From a bacterium (GTDB lineage: Bacteria; Patescibacteriota; Minisyncoccia; Moranbacterales; GWC2-37-73), in assembly GCA_003251635.1 (NCBI GenBank), contig QKEW01000008.1, positions 33,489 to 97,488 of the forward strand: DNA of 64,000 nucleotides, written 5' to 3'. Numbering within the stretch: the first letter of the stretch is position 1; every line of letters starts with the position of its first letter. The notes under the pieces are model-generated. The model worked only from the letters and a program-made list of their open reading frames with translations, searched no databases and had not been told where the DNA came from. A program made the position numbers and the translations under genes. Shown here in pieces: positions 49,419 to 58,904 of the stretch.

Positions 49419-49732
49419 TGCCTCGGGTCAGAATTGAACTGACGACACAAGGATTTTCCTGTTTATTTCTCTTGAATTTCTTCAAGGATCGGACTATATC
49501 ATCTTCGTTCCCAAGGGAGTGCGAAGTCGGGCGCTTTTGCAAGATTATTGTTGGGACTCACTTGCTAGTCTCTACACCTTCCTCAAAACTAAAACCCTTT
49601 GAGGCTTGGCTCGGGATTGCCTTGTTTTTTCAAAAAATTTAGGTTTCCCCGAATTCACCCGATTTTTAATTCTACATTACTATAGAATGGACCGAAATTC
49701 AGTCCTTTGCTCTACCACTGAGCTACCGAGGC
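49419..49732 (-). tRNA. tRNA-Phe(GAA) split by a group I intron (exons 49701-49732 and 49419-49458)
   Basis: Joined exons GCCTCGGTAGCTCAGTGGTAGAGCAAAGGACT^GAAAATCCTTGTGTCGTCAGTTCAATTCTGACCCGAGGCA. Confidence 0.9.
49459..49700 (-). ncRNA. Group I intron (IC3-like), 242 nt, inserted after U33
   Basis: AATTCGGGGAA, CAATCCCGAGCCAAGC, GTAGAGACTAG, GATATAGTCC; IGS GGTCC pairs GGACT; terminal G. Confidence 0.9.
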
Positions 49733-49777
49733 CTGCATAATGCTGCGCGCAGTTCATCATCTGATACTTTTACGCGG

Positions 49778-49851
49778 TGGGTGATAGTGGACTCGAACCA
49801 CTGACCCCTTCTTTGTAAGAGAAGTGCTCTAACCAACTGAGCTAATCACCC
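49778..49851 (-). tRNA. tRNA-Val(TAC)
   Basis: GGGTGAT...ATCACCC-A, loop CTTACAA. Confidence 0.95.
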
Positions 49852-49905
49852 GAAAATAATCAACAACTAACAGTTTATATTGAAAATTTACACCTTAACT
49901 AACTG

Positions 49906-49945
49906 CTTGCCCCGTAGTCAAATGCAAAGCATTTGTACTTCGGGG
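49906..49945. repeat. 40-nt hairpin insertion in a duplicated tRNA-Val 5' fragment
   Basis: AACTG|CTTGCCCCGTAG...CTTCGGGG|AGCTAATCACC vs intact AACTGAGCTAATCACC. Confidence 0.75.
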
Positions 49946-50127
49946 AGCTAATCACCTGGAAATAACTGACAACCAAAAACTAAAAACTTACAACTATCAA
50001 CCGACAATATTTAACAACATTTGGATTGTGAGCTATTTATTTAAGGTTTTCAAATCTTTCCTCTCACGGGAAACTACCGTTTCCCGACCCCTTCCCGTTC
50101 CAGTCCTCTTTTGCCAATTCTATTCCG

Positions 50128-50211
50128 TGGGCGAAAGAGGACTTGAACCTCCAAGGGATTGCTCCCACAAGCACCTCAAGCTTGCGCGTATACCAATTCC
50201 GCCATCCGCCC
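50128..50211 (-). tRNA. tRNA-Leu(GAG)
   Basis: GGGCGGA...TTCGCCC-A, loop TTGAGGT, long variable arm. Confidence 0.95.
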
Positions 50212-50251
50212 TTTCGCCTCGCCCAACCAAAAAATGTCAAAAATCCGAAAA

Positions 50252-50773
50252 CTATTTTTTCTCCTCAGTTTTTTCAACTGCTTCCTTTTTTTCCTCAACA
50301 ACTTTTTCCTCGCTTTGGGTTTCTTTTTTTGCAACTTCTTCTTTCTTTTCTTCAACTTCAACTTCTTTTTCCTCAACCTTTTCAGCTACGACTTCTTTTT
50401 CTTCCTTTCGCGCAATCAACTCAGCCAATTCCTTATATTTCAATTTCAAGGCTTTTACCGTTTTTTCACGAACATAATAAAGTTTGGATCGACGAACTTT
50501 GGCTCGTTTAACCATTTCGATCTTCTCAATCATTGGGGAATAAATCGGCAAAACCAACTCAACTCCAACTCCATTGGAAACTTTGCGCACCGTGATGGTT
50601 GGCGAAGAGCTTTGTCCTCCACGCATGGCAATAATCATTCCCTCAAAAATTTGGATACGTTCCTTGCCGCCTTCCACGATTCGACGATAGACTTTTACTA
50701 CGTCGCCGCTTTGCAGTTCTGGCATTTGGGCCTTTCTTTGTTCCAAATTAAACTCAATCATCTTCTTTTGCAT
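50252..50773 (-). CDS. rplS: 50S ribosomal protein L19 with acidic C-terminal tail
   Basis: GDVVKV..I.EG.KERIQ.FEG; TVRKVS.GVGVE; VRRSKLYY. Confidence 0.95.
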   Translation of the reverse strand: MQKKMIEFNLEQRKAQMPELQSGDVVKVYRRIVEGGKERIQIFEGMIIAMRGGQSSSPTITVRKVSNGVGVELVLPIYSPMIEKIEMVKRAKVRRSKLYYVREKTVKALKLKYKELAELIARKEEKEVVAEKVEEKEVEVEEKKEEVAKKETQSEEKVVEEKKEAVEKTEEKK

Positions 50774-50887
50774 ATTTTTGTCGATATCTCTTATTGCTTG
50801 CCAAACAAGCAAACACACCTACTTCTATCTAATAGGCGGAAAATTAGCCAATTAAAATCTTTTAATATAATAATCGCTTTAGCTAAA

Positions 50888-51823
50888 TTAGTCAATGTTT
50901 TTCCAAAATTCCTCAAAATCCTGAGGCGGGGGACAGACAAAGTCATATTTTTGACCCCAAAGCTCGAAATGAAGTTCACGAGCATGAAGCAATTGGCGCC
51001 GGGCTTGGCCAGCTATAGGCAAGTTTTTGTATTTTCTCAAAAAATACTTTTTATCCCCCACAATCGGATGACTAATAGAGAAAAAATGGATCCGAATTTG
51101 ATGCATTCGACCGGTTTTCGGCTCAGCTTCAATCAAATCAAAGCTATTTTGACTTTCCAAAACCCGAAAAAGGGTCAAGGCGCTGCGAACTTTGCCCCGA
51201 ATTCGACCAACCGCAACCTTTTGCCGACGAAAATCCGTAGCCCGCGCCAGGGGTTTTTCAATTTTGCCTTGTTTCTCTTGCAAGTTTCCCCAAACAATCG
51301 CCCAATATTTTTTTGTCATCTCCCTTTGGGCAAAAAGTCTTTTCAACTCATCAAAACTTTTTTGATTTTTAGCTACCACCACCAAACCCGAGGTGTCCTT
51401 ATCCAGGCGATGCACAATACCTGGCCTCAAATAACCCTCTTCACTTTCGTCATGGACATTTTCAATTTCCGGGTATTGAGCCAAAAGCCAGTTAGCCAAG
51501 GTTTTTTCTTTTTCCACCGCACTGGGGTGCATCTGAATTCCAAAAGGCTTATTTAAAACCAAAATATTTTCATCTTCAAAAATAATTTCAATCGGTAAAT
51601 CACCATTGGCTTTGAGCTTCTTTTCTTCCAATTCAAAATCCATTTCAATCACATCGTTTTGTGAAATTTCTCGACTGGGTTTAACCACCTGACCATTGAC
51701 CAAAACTTTTTGGTTTTTGATTTGACGAATGATTTCTCCGCGGGAAAGCGAAAAAAATTCCTCTGCAAGGAATTTATCAAGCCGCTGATTGGCCTTTTGG
51801 GTTGTGACAATAATTTTTTTCAT
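50888..51823 (-). CDS. rluD: RluA/RluD-family pseudouridine synthase
   Basis: S4 domain RLDKFL; VHRLDKDTSG; TGRMHQIR; IVGD. Confidence 0.9.
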   Translation of the reverse strand: MKKIIVTTQKANQRLDKFLAEEFFSLSRGEIIRQIKNQKVLVNGQVVKPSREISQNDVIEMDFELEEKKLKANGDLPIEIIFEDENILVLNKPFGIQMHPSAVEKEKTLANWLLAQYPEIENVHDESEEGYLRPGIVHRLDKDTSGLVVVAKNQKSFDELKRLFAQREMTKKYWAIVWGNLQEKQGKIEKPLARATDFRRQKVAVGRIRGKVRSALTLFRVLESQNSFDLIEAEPKTGRMHQIRIHFFSISHPIVGDKKYFLRKYKNLPIAGQARRQLLHARELHFELWGQKYDFVCPPPQDFEEFWKNID

Positions 51824-51828
51824 CTGGG

Positions 51829-51922
51829 TGCCTCGGGAGAGACTCGAACTCTCAAGCTACAAGAGCACTAGTTCCTAAGACTAGCGTGTATACCCCTGCC
51901 TGCCGGCAGGCAGGAATTTCAC
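51829..51922 (-). pseudogene. tRNA-Leu(TAG) remnant with 20-nt palindrome in the D loop and no 5' acceptor strand
   Basis: Intact anticodon, variable and T arms; CCTGCCTGCCGGCAGGCAGG at 51895-51914; no partner for CCGAGGC. Confidence 0.75.
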
Positions 51923-51935
51923 TCTCCATTAATTG

Positions 51936-52017
51936 TGCCCGGGAAAGGACTCGAACCTTCACAGATTACTCTACCAGTTCCTAAGACTGGCGTGTCTACC
52001 AATTTCACCACCCGGGC
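51936..52017 (-). tRNA. tRNA-Leu(TAG)
   Basis: GCCCGGG...CCCGGGC-A, loop CTTAGGA. Confidence 0.93.
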
Positions 52018-52143
52018 ATATCAAAACAAAAAAACTCACAGCTTACGACTAATAACAAACAACTAAAAACTTTCAACCAACAACTGAGCAAGGGCAGCTA
52101 AATCTTTTCCCACTATAAACTCTTTTTCGAGGAGTGGCAAGAC

Positions 52144-52437
52144 TTAGCCAATAATTTGACGAATTCGTGCCACCTCTTCGGTCAAAACCGGACTTTCCTC
52201 ATATTCTCCATGATGGCGAGTGTCATCTCCGTAGGTGTGCTTCTTTTGATCCAAATGAATGTTGACCACAAGATCAGACCCTTCCAACTTTGTGTAAACA
52301 TGAAAACGCGGATAGCCGGCTCTGGCTAAGGGTCGCACAAAACTCATCTCCATTCCTTCTTTTCTTTGGAAAATATAACCAGCTCTGCGAAAAAGAGAGG
52401 CTGGATTTTCCCTAATGGCTTCGATTTTTAGTTTCAT
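52144..52437 (-). CDS. Conserved hypothetical protein
   Basis: YPRFHVY...HLDQK...H.GEY. Confidence 0.75.
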   Translation of the reverse strand: MKLKIEAIRENPASLFRRAGYIFQRKEGMEMSFVRPLARAGYPRFHVYTKLEGSDLVVNIHLDQKKHTYGDDTRHHGEYEESPVLTEEVARIRQIIG

Positions 52438-52499
52438 AATATTCTTCAATTAGTCAGTTATTGTCTGTTCAATGGAGTAACCAATCCATTAACCTAATT

Positions 52500-53249
52500 T
52501 CAATTTAATTGTAACCCTTCTCCGCCTCTCCAAGCAAGCTCAAAAACAGCTTTTTGAGACTTGGCAATTTCTGCGGATTCAATAATCATCCCAAACATTT
52601 CTTGCCCATAACTGGCAATAGCGACTTTGTTTTTATAGATATTGGTTTCATTGGAAACTGGAAAATCTTTTTCATTCAAAATCCGGACAACTCTAAGTTG
52701 TTGTTGATTATTTTTCATATAATCCATTATTCCGGGAAGCGCCTTATAAATTCCTCTAAGAACAATGCCTTTCTCCACTCTTCTTTTGACATAATCATCC
52801 GCATAGTCCAAAAGATTATCAATTACCCCTTCGCCCACATAAGCCAAAATTTCATCTCCTTTTTTCAAACTCCTTAAACTGTCTTCATACATTTCTTGAA
52901 TTCCATCACGCCCCTCAAAATATCTAATAAAAGGTTTGACCTTGGGAGAATTGTATAGGTTTTGCAAAACTGGTAAAACATTTTCGATTTTTCGCACCTT
53001 TTCTCTGGTTTTATTTACCAAAATTTGCGGGTCAGTGGGAAAATAGTGCGTGACTGAACCCTTGATATTTTTATACACCAAACCCTCACGCATAAGGTGA
53101 TTAATAATATCGTAAGCCGTTGGACGCTTTATGCCAGACTTTTTGGCAATCAAATAACCCGTAGCCCCTCCCAATTCCAAGCAAGCTAAATATATTTCAG
53201 CTTTTTTGCCATCAACTCCAATTTGTTTCAAAACCTCATTTATTTGCAT
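52500..53249 (-). CDS. TrmB-family transcriptional regulator
   Basis: IYLACLELGG..IKRPTAYD; KPFIRYFEG. Confidence 0.9.
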   Translation of the reverse strand: MQINEVLKQIGVDGKKAEIYLACLELGGATGYLIAKKSGIKRPTAYDIINHLMREGLVYKNIKGSVTHYFPTDPQILVNKTREKVRKIENVLPVLQNLYNSPKVKPFIRYFEGRDGIQEMYEDSLRSLKKGDEILAYVGEGVIDNLLDYADDYVKRRVEKGIVLRGIYKALPGIMDYMKNNQQQLRVVRILNEKDFPVSNETNIYKNKVAIASYGQEMFGMIIESAEIAKSQKAVFELAWRGGEGLQLN

Positions 53250-53431
53250 ATAGTCGTCTTTTTTTGACTACTAGATTATAGCATTTCATACCCAAATTTG
53301 TCAATAAATAAGCCATTCATTGTGCAATAATGTTTATTTTTAGTCATTTTATATTGAATATATTTTAATATCATTCTATACTTTATCGTTAATGCTCCTT
53401 AACAACAACTATGCCCAAAAGGAGGATCACC

Positions 53432-53803
53432 ATGATAATCTTTTTTTCTCTTTCCTGCTTCTTAGTAATACTTTTTCAGAGTAATGGAATAGGATATGCC
53501 TGTTTTTTTGTGTTTTTTGTTTGCCTAATACTCATACTAGTTCAGCTTAGAATATTACTGGAAGAATTGATGCAAAATAAAATAAATTTAATGCTATTTT
53601 CCAAGCTTGCTATTTTTCAATTAGCTGGACTGGCTTTAACTTTAATCGGTTTTTTTCTTCTGCCCAAATTAACTTGTCCCAATATCCCCAACGACACACT
53701 GGATTTAAAAAAAAATCAAATTTTTTATATTGTAATTGCCACTGCTAGCTATCTTCATTCTTTAATTAATTGCATTTTTTTCGAATTTAGATATTTTCGG
53801 TAA
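53432..53803 (+). CDS. Hypothetical membrane protein
   Basis: AGGAGG RBS; about 4 TM. Confidence 0.65.
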   Translation: MIIFFSLSCFLVILFQSNGIGYACFFVFFVCLILILVQLRILLEELMQNKINLMLFSKLAIFQLAGLALTLIGFFLLPKLTCPNIPNDTLDLKKNQIFYIVIATASYLHSLINCIFFEFRYFR

Positions 53804-53833
53804 ATAAAATCAAGCTTCAAAAGGAGGACCTCC

Positions 53834-54421
53834 ATGATAAAATTTATCTTATTGGCCATCTTAATAAATTCGCTGTCGGGATATCTGTTAGCAATTGTTG
53901 ATATTTATTTCAGCCAAAAAGTAAAAAAATCAAACATTCTAACTCACACTTATCTTTATTTTCTTTTTGTTATTTTTAGTAAAAACGAAGTTCTCGATGA
54001 AACGGAAAATACAAGTAAGCTATTCCTCTTTAAAGATTTCACTTATTTAATTATCTTAACCATTATTGGACCATTGCCAAGAATAATACTTTTATTTTCA
54101 GTGTTTTTTTCTTTCTTATTTTCTGTTTTAAGATTTTATACAATCGTTCTAACGATAGCCAGTATTGAATGGGTCTTTTATTTGACTTACTTGGCAACAT
54201 TGAAAATAGCCGTACCTTCATTTATCAAAAAGCCCGTACCAAAAGTTTCCTTGGCCACAGCCAACCAAAGATTCAAGCTAACTCTAATAAGAGAAAGGTG
54301 CTTTAGCGAAACTTTAGATGCATTTATGTTCCTAAGTAACGATATAGCATTTTTTTATTTTCTCTATAAATCAACTTCTTTCGTTTGGCTACTCATAAAA
54401 AACGTCGTAGCACTTTATTAA
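53834..54421 (+). CDS. Hypothetical membrane protein
   Basis: AGGAGG RBS; hydrophobic. Confidence 0.65.
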   Translation: MIKFILLAILINSLSGYLLAIVDIYFSQKVKKSNILTHTYLYFLFVIFSKNEVLDETENTSKLFLFKDFTYLIILTIIGPLPRIILLFSVFFSFLFSVLRFYTIVLTIASIEWVFYLTYLATLKIAVPSFIKKPVPKVSLATANQRFKLTLIRERCFSETLDAFMFLSNDIAFFYFLYKSTSFVWLLIKNVVALY

Positions 54422-54460
54422 TTCATAAAACTAAAGCAATCCGCTTCAAGGAGAGCCTTT

Positions 54461-54997
54461 ATGTATCCAATACTTATGATAGTTTTATGTGCAATTTTTG
54501 CCCTGGCCATCAAATATACACAAGGATTTGAATCAAAAAAAACTGAAACCCTAACACTAATAGATTTTGGAATTAATACATTTACTTATATCTCTATTTT
54601 CATTTTTTATTCAAACATAGGCAGGTTAACACAAATGCTCGGCACGCGTGTTGACATAAAACTGGTTTATATGGACCAATTAAGCATTTTTTCCTTTATA
54701 TTTTTTTCGCTGTCGCTACTTTTAGTTATTCTTTCTGGTTTTTTTAATAATGACCAAGCGAGCCACCTAACATTTACCATTGGCTGGACAAATATGAGTT
54801 CTTTTTTTGGAAATCTGATCGCTTCAAGATTCCAACCATTCACTTTTCCCTTGTTAATAATCACAGCTGTAGTACTGGTTATCAGAAATGTACCTCAGCC
54901 AAAGGATCTCCAAAAAATGAAATGGGGAATTTATACGAATGTTTTTATTTTTGCATATTTTTTCTTAATCTCTTTTATTTACCTGAAAATATATTAA
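54461..54997 (+). CDS. Hypothetical membrane protein
   Basis: AAGGAG RBS; about 6 TM. Confidence 0.65.
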   Translation: MYPILMIVLCAIFALAIKYTQGFESKKTETLTLIDFGINTFTYISIFIFYSNIGRLTQMLGTRVDIKLVYMDQLSIFSFIFFSLSLLLVILSGFFNNDQASHLTFTIGWTNMSSFFGNLIASRFQPFTFPLLIITAVVLVIRNVPQPKDLQKMKWGIYTNVFIFAYFFLISFIYLKIY

Positions 54998-55072
54998 AGA
55001 ATATCATTTTTCACCAAAAAAGCCGCCGGCAACAACCGACGGCTTTTTCCTATTCAAAAGTTTTTTCTTTTT

Positions 55073-57532
55073 CTAAAGCACGGCGGCGGCGGCCACCTTG
55101 TCACCACCCTTGGCGCGCATCACTCGCACTCCTTGCGTCGCTCGACCCAAAACCGGAATGCTAACCAAAGGAATGCGAATAATCTGGCCCTTGGTTGAAG
55201 TTACGATCAAATCTTCCTCCATTTCATCCGCATTGACAATGCTGGCACTTACTAACTTTCCGGTTTTACCCGTTACTTGAGCGGTTTTAATTCCACTCCC
55301 TCCTCTTTTTTGAATCTTGTAATATTTCAAATCAGTCCGCTTACCAAAACCATTTTCGCTGATAATCATCAATTGATTGCCTTTTTGGTCTTTGAAAACC
55401 GCGTCCATGCCAACCACCTGGTCATCTTTTTTCAATTTGATGCCTCGAACTCCGGCGGCACTGCGACCCATCGGACGCACATCGCTTTCTTTGAATCGGA
55501 TGGCTTGACCTTCGGCTGTGCTGATAATAATTTCGTCGCTACCGGTTGTCGGACAGACCCAATTCAAACGGTCATCCTTTTCCAGATTGATGGCGATCAA
55601 ACCGCTGCGACGCACATTGTCAAAATCTTCAATTTTACTTTTCTTAACCACACCAAGCCTGGTCGTCATGAAGAAGTATTTATAAACATCATCTTTATTG
55701 AAAGCAATCATGGCTGTGATTTTTTCTTCCTGTGAAAGTTGCAAGAAATTGACAACCGCCTGACCGCGAGCTATGCGAGAACTTTCCGGAATTTCATAGG
55801 CCTTAGTTTGAAAAACTTTGCCCGAATTGGTAAAAAACATCAGATTGTCGTGAGTCATGACTGAAGAAACCTTTTCAATCACATCGCCTTCGCGAGTTGT
55901 GCCGCCCGTCACACCTTTTCCACCTCGCTTTTGAACCTTATAAACAGAAGGATTCATTCTTTTGATATAGCCGCTTCGAGTAATCGTGATGATAGCTTCT
56001 TCGTCCGGAACCAAATCCTCCTGCTTAAATTCTTTGATGGAGCCTTTGATGACCCGGGTTTTTCGTTCATCTCCATATTTCTCTTTCAATTCCAAAAGTT
56101 CTTTCTTAACCAAGGCCAGAATTTTTTTCGGATTTTTAAGCAGATCTTCCAATTTGGCGATTAATTTCAATTTCTCTTCCAATTCATCTTCGATTTTCTT
56201 TCTTTCCAAGCCAGCCAAGGTTTGCAAGCGCATCTCCAAAATAGCTGTGGCTTGAATTTCAGATAAAGCAAACTTGCTGCGTAAATTTCGATGAGCCTCA
56301 TCGCGAGTCGGAGATTTTTTGATGGTTTCAATGACTGCGTCAATATTATCCAAGGCTTTTTTCAAGCCTTCCAAAATATGAGCCCGGTCTTTGGCTTTTT
56401 TCAGTTCAAATTTAGTTCGACGAGTTACCACCTGATTGCGATGAGTAACAAAATGCTCCAAAATCGATTTCAAATTGAGAATCTGCGGATCAATTCCGTC
56501 AACCAAGGCCAGCATGTTAACATTAAAATTCTTTTGCAGATCAGTCATGGTGAAAAGCTTGTTGAGAACTTTTTGCGGATAGGCATCTTTTTTCAGTTCA
56601 ATCACGATTCTCACTCCGTCTTTGCTGGATTCGTCGCGCAAATCCTTGATTCCAACAATTTTATTTTCACGCACCAAATCGGCAATCTTGGTAATCAAAG
56701 TAGCTTTGTTGGTAGCATAGGTAATTTCCGTTACCACAATCTGAAACATGCCCGATTTGGTTTCCACAATTTCCGTCTTCGCTCGCGTTGGGATTTTGCC
56801 TTTGCCGGTGTAGTAAGCCTCCTTAATGTTGGTTGCGTCATAAATAATTCCACCAGTTGGAAAGTCTGGTCCCTTGATAAATTTAAGCAAGTCATCCACA
56901 GTCGCTTCACTATTGTCAATCAAATGAGCAATTGCATCCACCAATTCGCCCAGATTGTGCGGAGGAATGTTGGTTGCCATTCCCACTGCGATTCCCATCG
57001 TTCCATTTAAAAGTAATTGGGGTAATTTAGCCGGCAAAACTGTCGGTTCTTGATGAACTCCATCAAAATTCGGCACAAAATCAACCGTGTCTTTTTCAAT
57101 ATCTAAAAGCATCTCTTCAGCAATGGATTGAAGCTTGGCTTCAGTGTAACGGTAGGCTGCTGCTCCATCTCCATCCATTGATCCAAAGTTTCCTTGACCC
57201 CAAACCAATGGGTAGCGCAACGAAAATTCCTGAGCCATACGCACCATCGAATCATACACGGCACTATCACCATGCGGATGATATTTTCCCAAAACTTCAC
57301 CGACCACCGTAGCCGATTTGCGAAATTTAGCATTTGAACGCAAGCCCGTTTCCCACATCGAATATAAAATACGTCGATGTACCGGTTTTAAACCATCTCG
57401 TACATCCGGCAAAGCTCGCGAGACAATCACGCTCATGGCATAATCCAAATATGACTGTTGGACTTCAGCAACTAGCGGTCTGGGTTGAATCTGAGCATTT
57501 TCTTTTTCAATTGGTTTGATTTCCTTTTTCAT
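55073..57532 (-). CDS. gyrA: DNA gyrase subunit A
   Basis: [23 protein letters not shown], GyrA-box QKRGGKG. Confidence 0.97.
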   Translation of the reverse strand: MKKEIKPIEKENAQIQPRPLVAEVQQSYLDYAMSVIVSRALPDVRDGLKPVHRRILYSMWETGLRSNAKFRKSATVVGEVLGKYHPHGDSAVYDSMVRMAQEFSLRYPLVWGQGNFGSMDGDGAAAYRYTEAKLQSIAEEMLLDIEKDTVDFVPNFDGVHQEPTVLPAKLPQLLLNGTMGIAVGMATNIPPHNLGELVDAIAHLIDNSEATVDDLLKFIKGPDFPTGGIIYDATNIKEAYYTGKGKIPTRAKTEIVETKSGMFQIVVTEITYATNKATLITKIADLVRENKIVGIKDLRDESSKDGVRIVIELKKDAYPQKVLNKLFTMTDLQKNFNVNMLALVDGIDPQILNLKSILEHFVTHRNQVVTRRTKFELKKAKDRAHILEGLKKALDNIDAVIETIKKSPTRDEAHRNLRSKFALSEIQATAILEMRLQTLAGLERKKIEDELEEKLKLIAKLEDLLKNPKKILALVKKELLELKEKYGDERKTRVIKGSIKEFKQEDLVPDEEAIITITRSGYIKRMNPSVYKVQKRGGKGVTGGTTREGDVIEKVSSVMTHDNLMFFTNSGKVFQTKAYEIPESSRIARGQAVVNFLQLSQEEKITAMIAFNKDDVYKYFFMTTRLGVVKKSKIEDFDNVRRSGLIAINLEKDDRLNWVCPTTGSDEIIISTAEGQAIRFKESDVRPMGRSAAGVRGIKLKKDDQVVGMDAVFKDQKGNQLMIISENGFGKRTDLKYYKIQKRGGSGIKTAQVTGKTGKLVSASIVNADEMEEDLIVTSTKGQIIRIPLVSIPVLGRATQGVRVMRAKGGDKVAAAAVL

Positions 57533-57655
57533 ATATTTTTCTCAACAATAAACAATAATAATTCTGGACAATTTTTTCTTTTATTTTTTCAATAAACCAA
57601 TCAAAAAAATCAAGGTCAACTTGAAAGGTTTCTTAAAAAAAGAAACAAAAAATTT

Positions 57656-57931
57656 CTATTTTTTCAAATTCTCAATACTTTCCTTGCTCTCGGAATTTTG
57701 AACGGAACTTTCAATGGCAGAATTAATGGACGACAAGCTATTTTTGGAAACATCTGAATCTTGATCCTGTGAACTTTTTCCAAAATCGCTCTTTTTTAAA
57801 ACTTCCGATACTGAAAAAAACCAAATTCCGAAAATAAAAACCATGCAAAACAAAACCCAAAACCAAACATATCGCTCCCGAATATGCTCCGGTTTTTTTC
57901 TGATCTTAGCTATTTTCTTGCCTATTCCCAT
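57656..57931 (-). CDS. Small membrane protein
   Basis: KPEHIRER followed by a TM. Confidence 0.7.
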   Translation of the reverse strand: MGIGKKIAKIRKKPEHIRERYVWFWVLFCMVFIFGIWFFSVSEVLKKSDFGKSSQDQDSDVSKNSLSSINSAIESSVQNSESKESIENLKK

Positions 57932-57935
57932 AAAT

Positions 57936-58601
57936 TTAGTTGTTTTCCGGATCCATCAGAACTACTTCCAAATTTTTTCCTTCCAAATCCTTCTTTTTCA
58001 GAGCCAGTTTGGCAACTTTTCCTCCGGAGCAGGTTCCAATCGAATCGCAAAACTCTTTTTCGTCCGAAACATCAACCTGAGAACCTTTTATTTTATAGTG
58101 CATCGGGATTACAATTGCCGGTTCAATTTTTCGGGCAATTTCAGCTGCTTTTTTTCCATCAATCGTAAATTTGCCGCCAACCGGAACAAAGAGAATATCC
58201 ACTCCGTCAATTTCTTCCAGTTGATTATTGGAAAGATCACCACCCAAATCCGACAAATGACACACCTTGATTCCTTCTGATTCTAAAATAAAGATATTAA
58301 CTTTTCCTCTCTCTTGTCCTCCATCTTTGTCATGAAAAGCTTCAATTCCCACAATATTTACCCCCTTGACTGAATATTCCCCAGCTGTTTTCAAAACTAC
58401 CGGATCGCCTTTTAAAGCTTCTGCGTTGTTATGATCATGATGATCATGAGAAACCAAAACCAAATCAGCCTGTCCTTGCGGTGGTCGCAAACCGGTTTCC
58501 TTGTCAAAAGGATCCAGAAAAATCGTTACGTCCTCAGTGGCTCGACCGCCCGGCTTGGTTGTTAATTTAAAACAGGAATGTCCGTAATATTGAATGTTCA
58601 T
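57936..58601 (-). CDS. MBL-fold metallo-hydrolase
   Basis: GHSCF, DPF, SHDHHDH, HLSD, IPMHY. Confidence 0.9.
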   Translation of the reverse strand: MNIQYYGHSCFKLTTKPGGRATEDVTIFLDPFDKETGLRPPQGQADLVLVSHDHHDHNNAEALKGDPVVLKTAGEYSVKGVNIVGIEAFHDKDGGQERGKVNIFILESEGIKVCHLSDLGGDLSNNQLEEIDGVDILFVPVGGKFTIDGKKAAEIARKIEPAIVIPMHYKIKGSQVDVSDEKEFCDSIGTCSGGKVAKLALKKKDLEGKNLEVVLMDPENN

Positions 58602-58904
58602 ATGTTTGATTTATCTTATCTGTTTTGTCAAAAACTTAAATTTTCCTTTGCTTGCAAGACAATTCTAGCATGTCAGTTTTTTTCTGTCGAGCCACCAACT
58701 TCACCAAAAAGCCTAAAAGCTTGCCAAAAAATTGATTATGTGCTAAATTTTTTTGAGTGGTAATTATTAAGAAAATTAAATAGTGAAATGGCTTAATTTC
58801 ACACTTTTTCTTGATAATTTCCTATTTGTTTTAGGAATTTTTATTTTTTGCGTCTTTAATTATTAATTTTTCGGCAAAATTGACGCGTTTGCCAAATTAA
58901 ATTT

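Noticed and set aside
50159-51556. 465-aa plus-strand ORF
   Set aside because: Antisense shadow of rplS and rluD with no recognisable motifs
56291-57010. 239-aa plus-strand ORF
   Set aside because: Antisense shadow of gyrA
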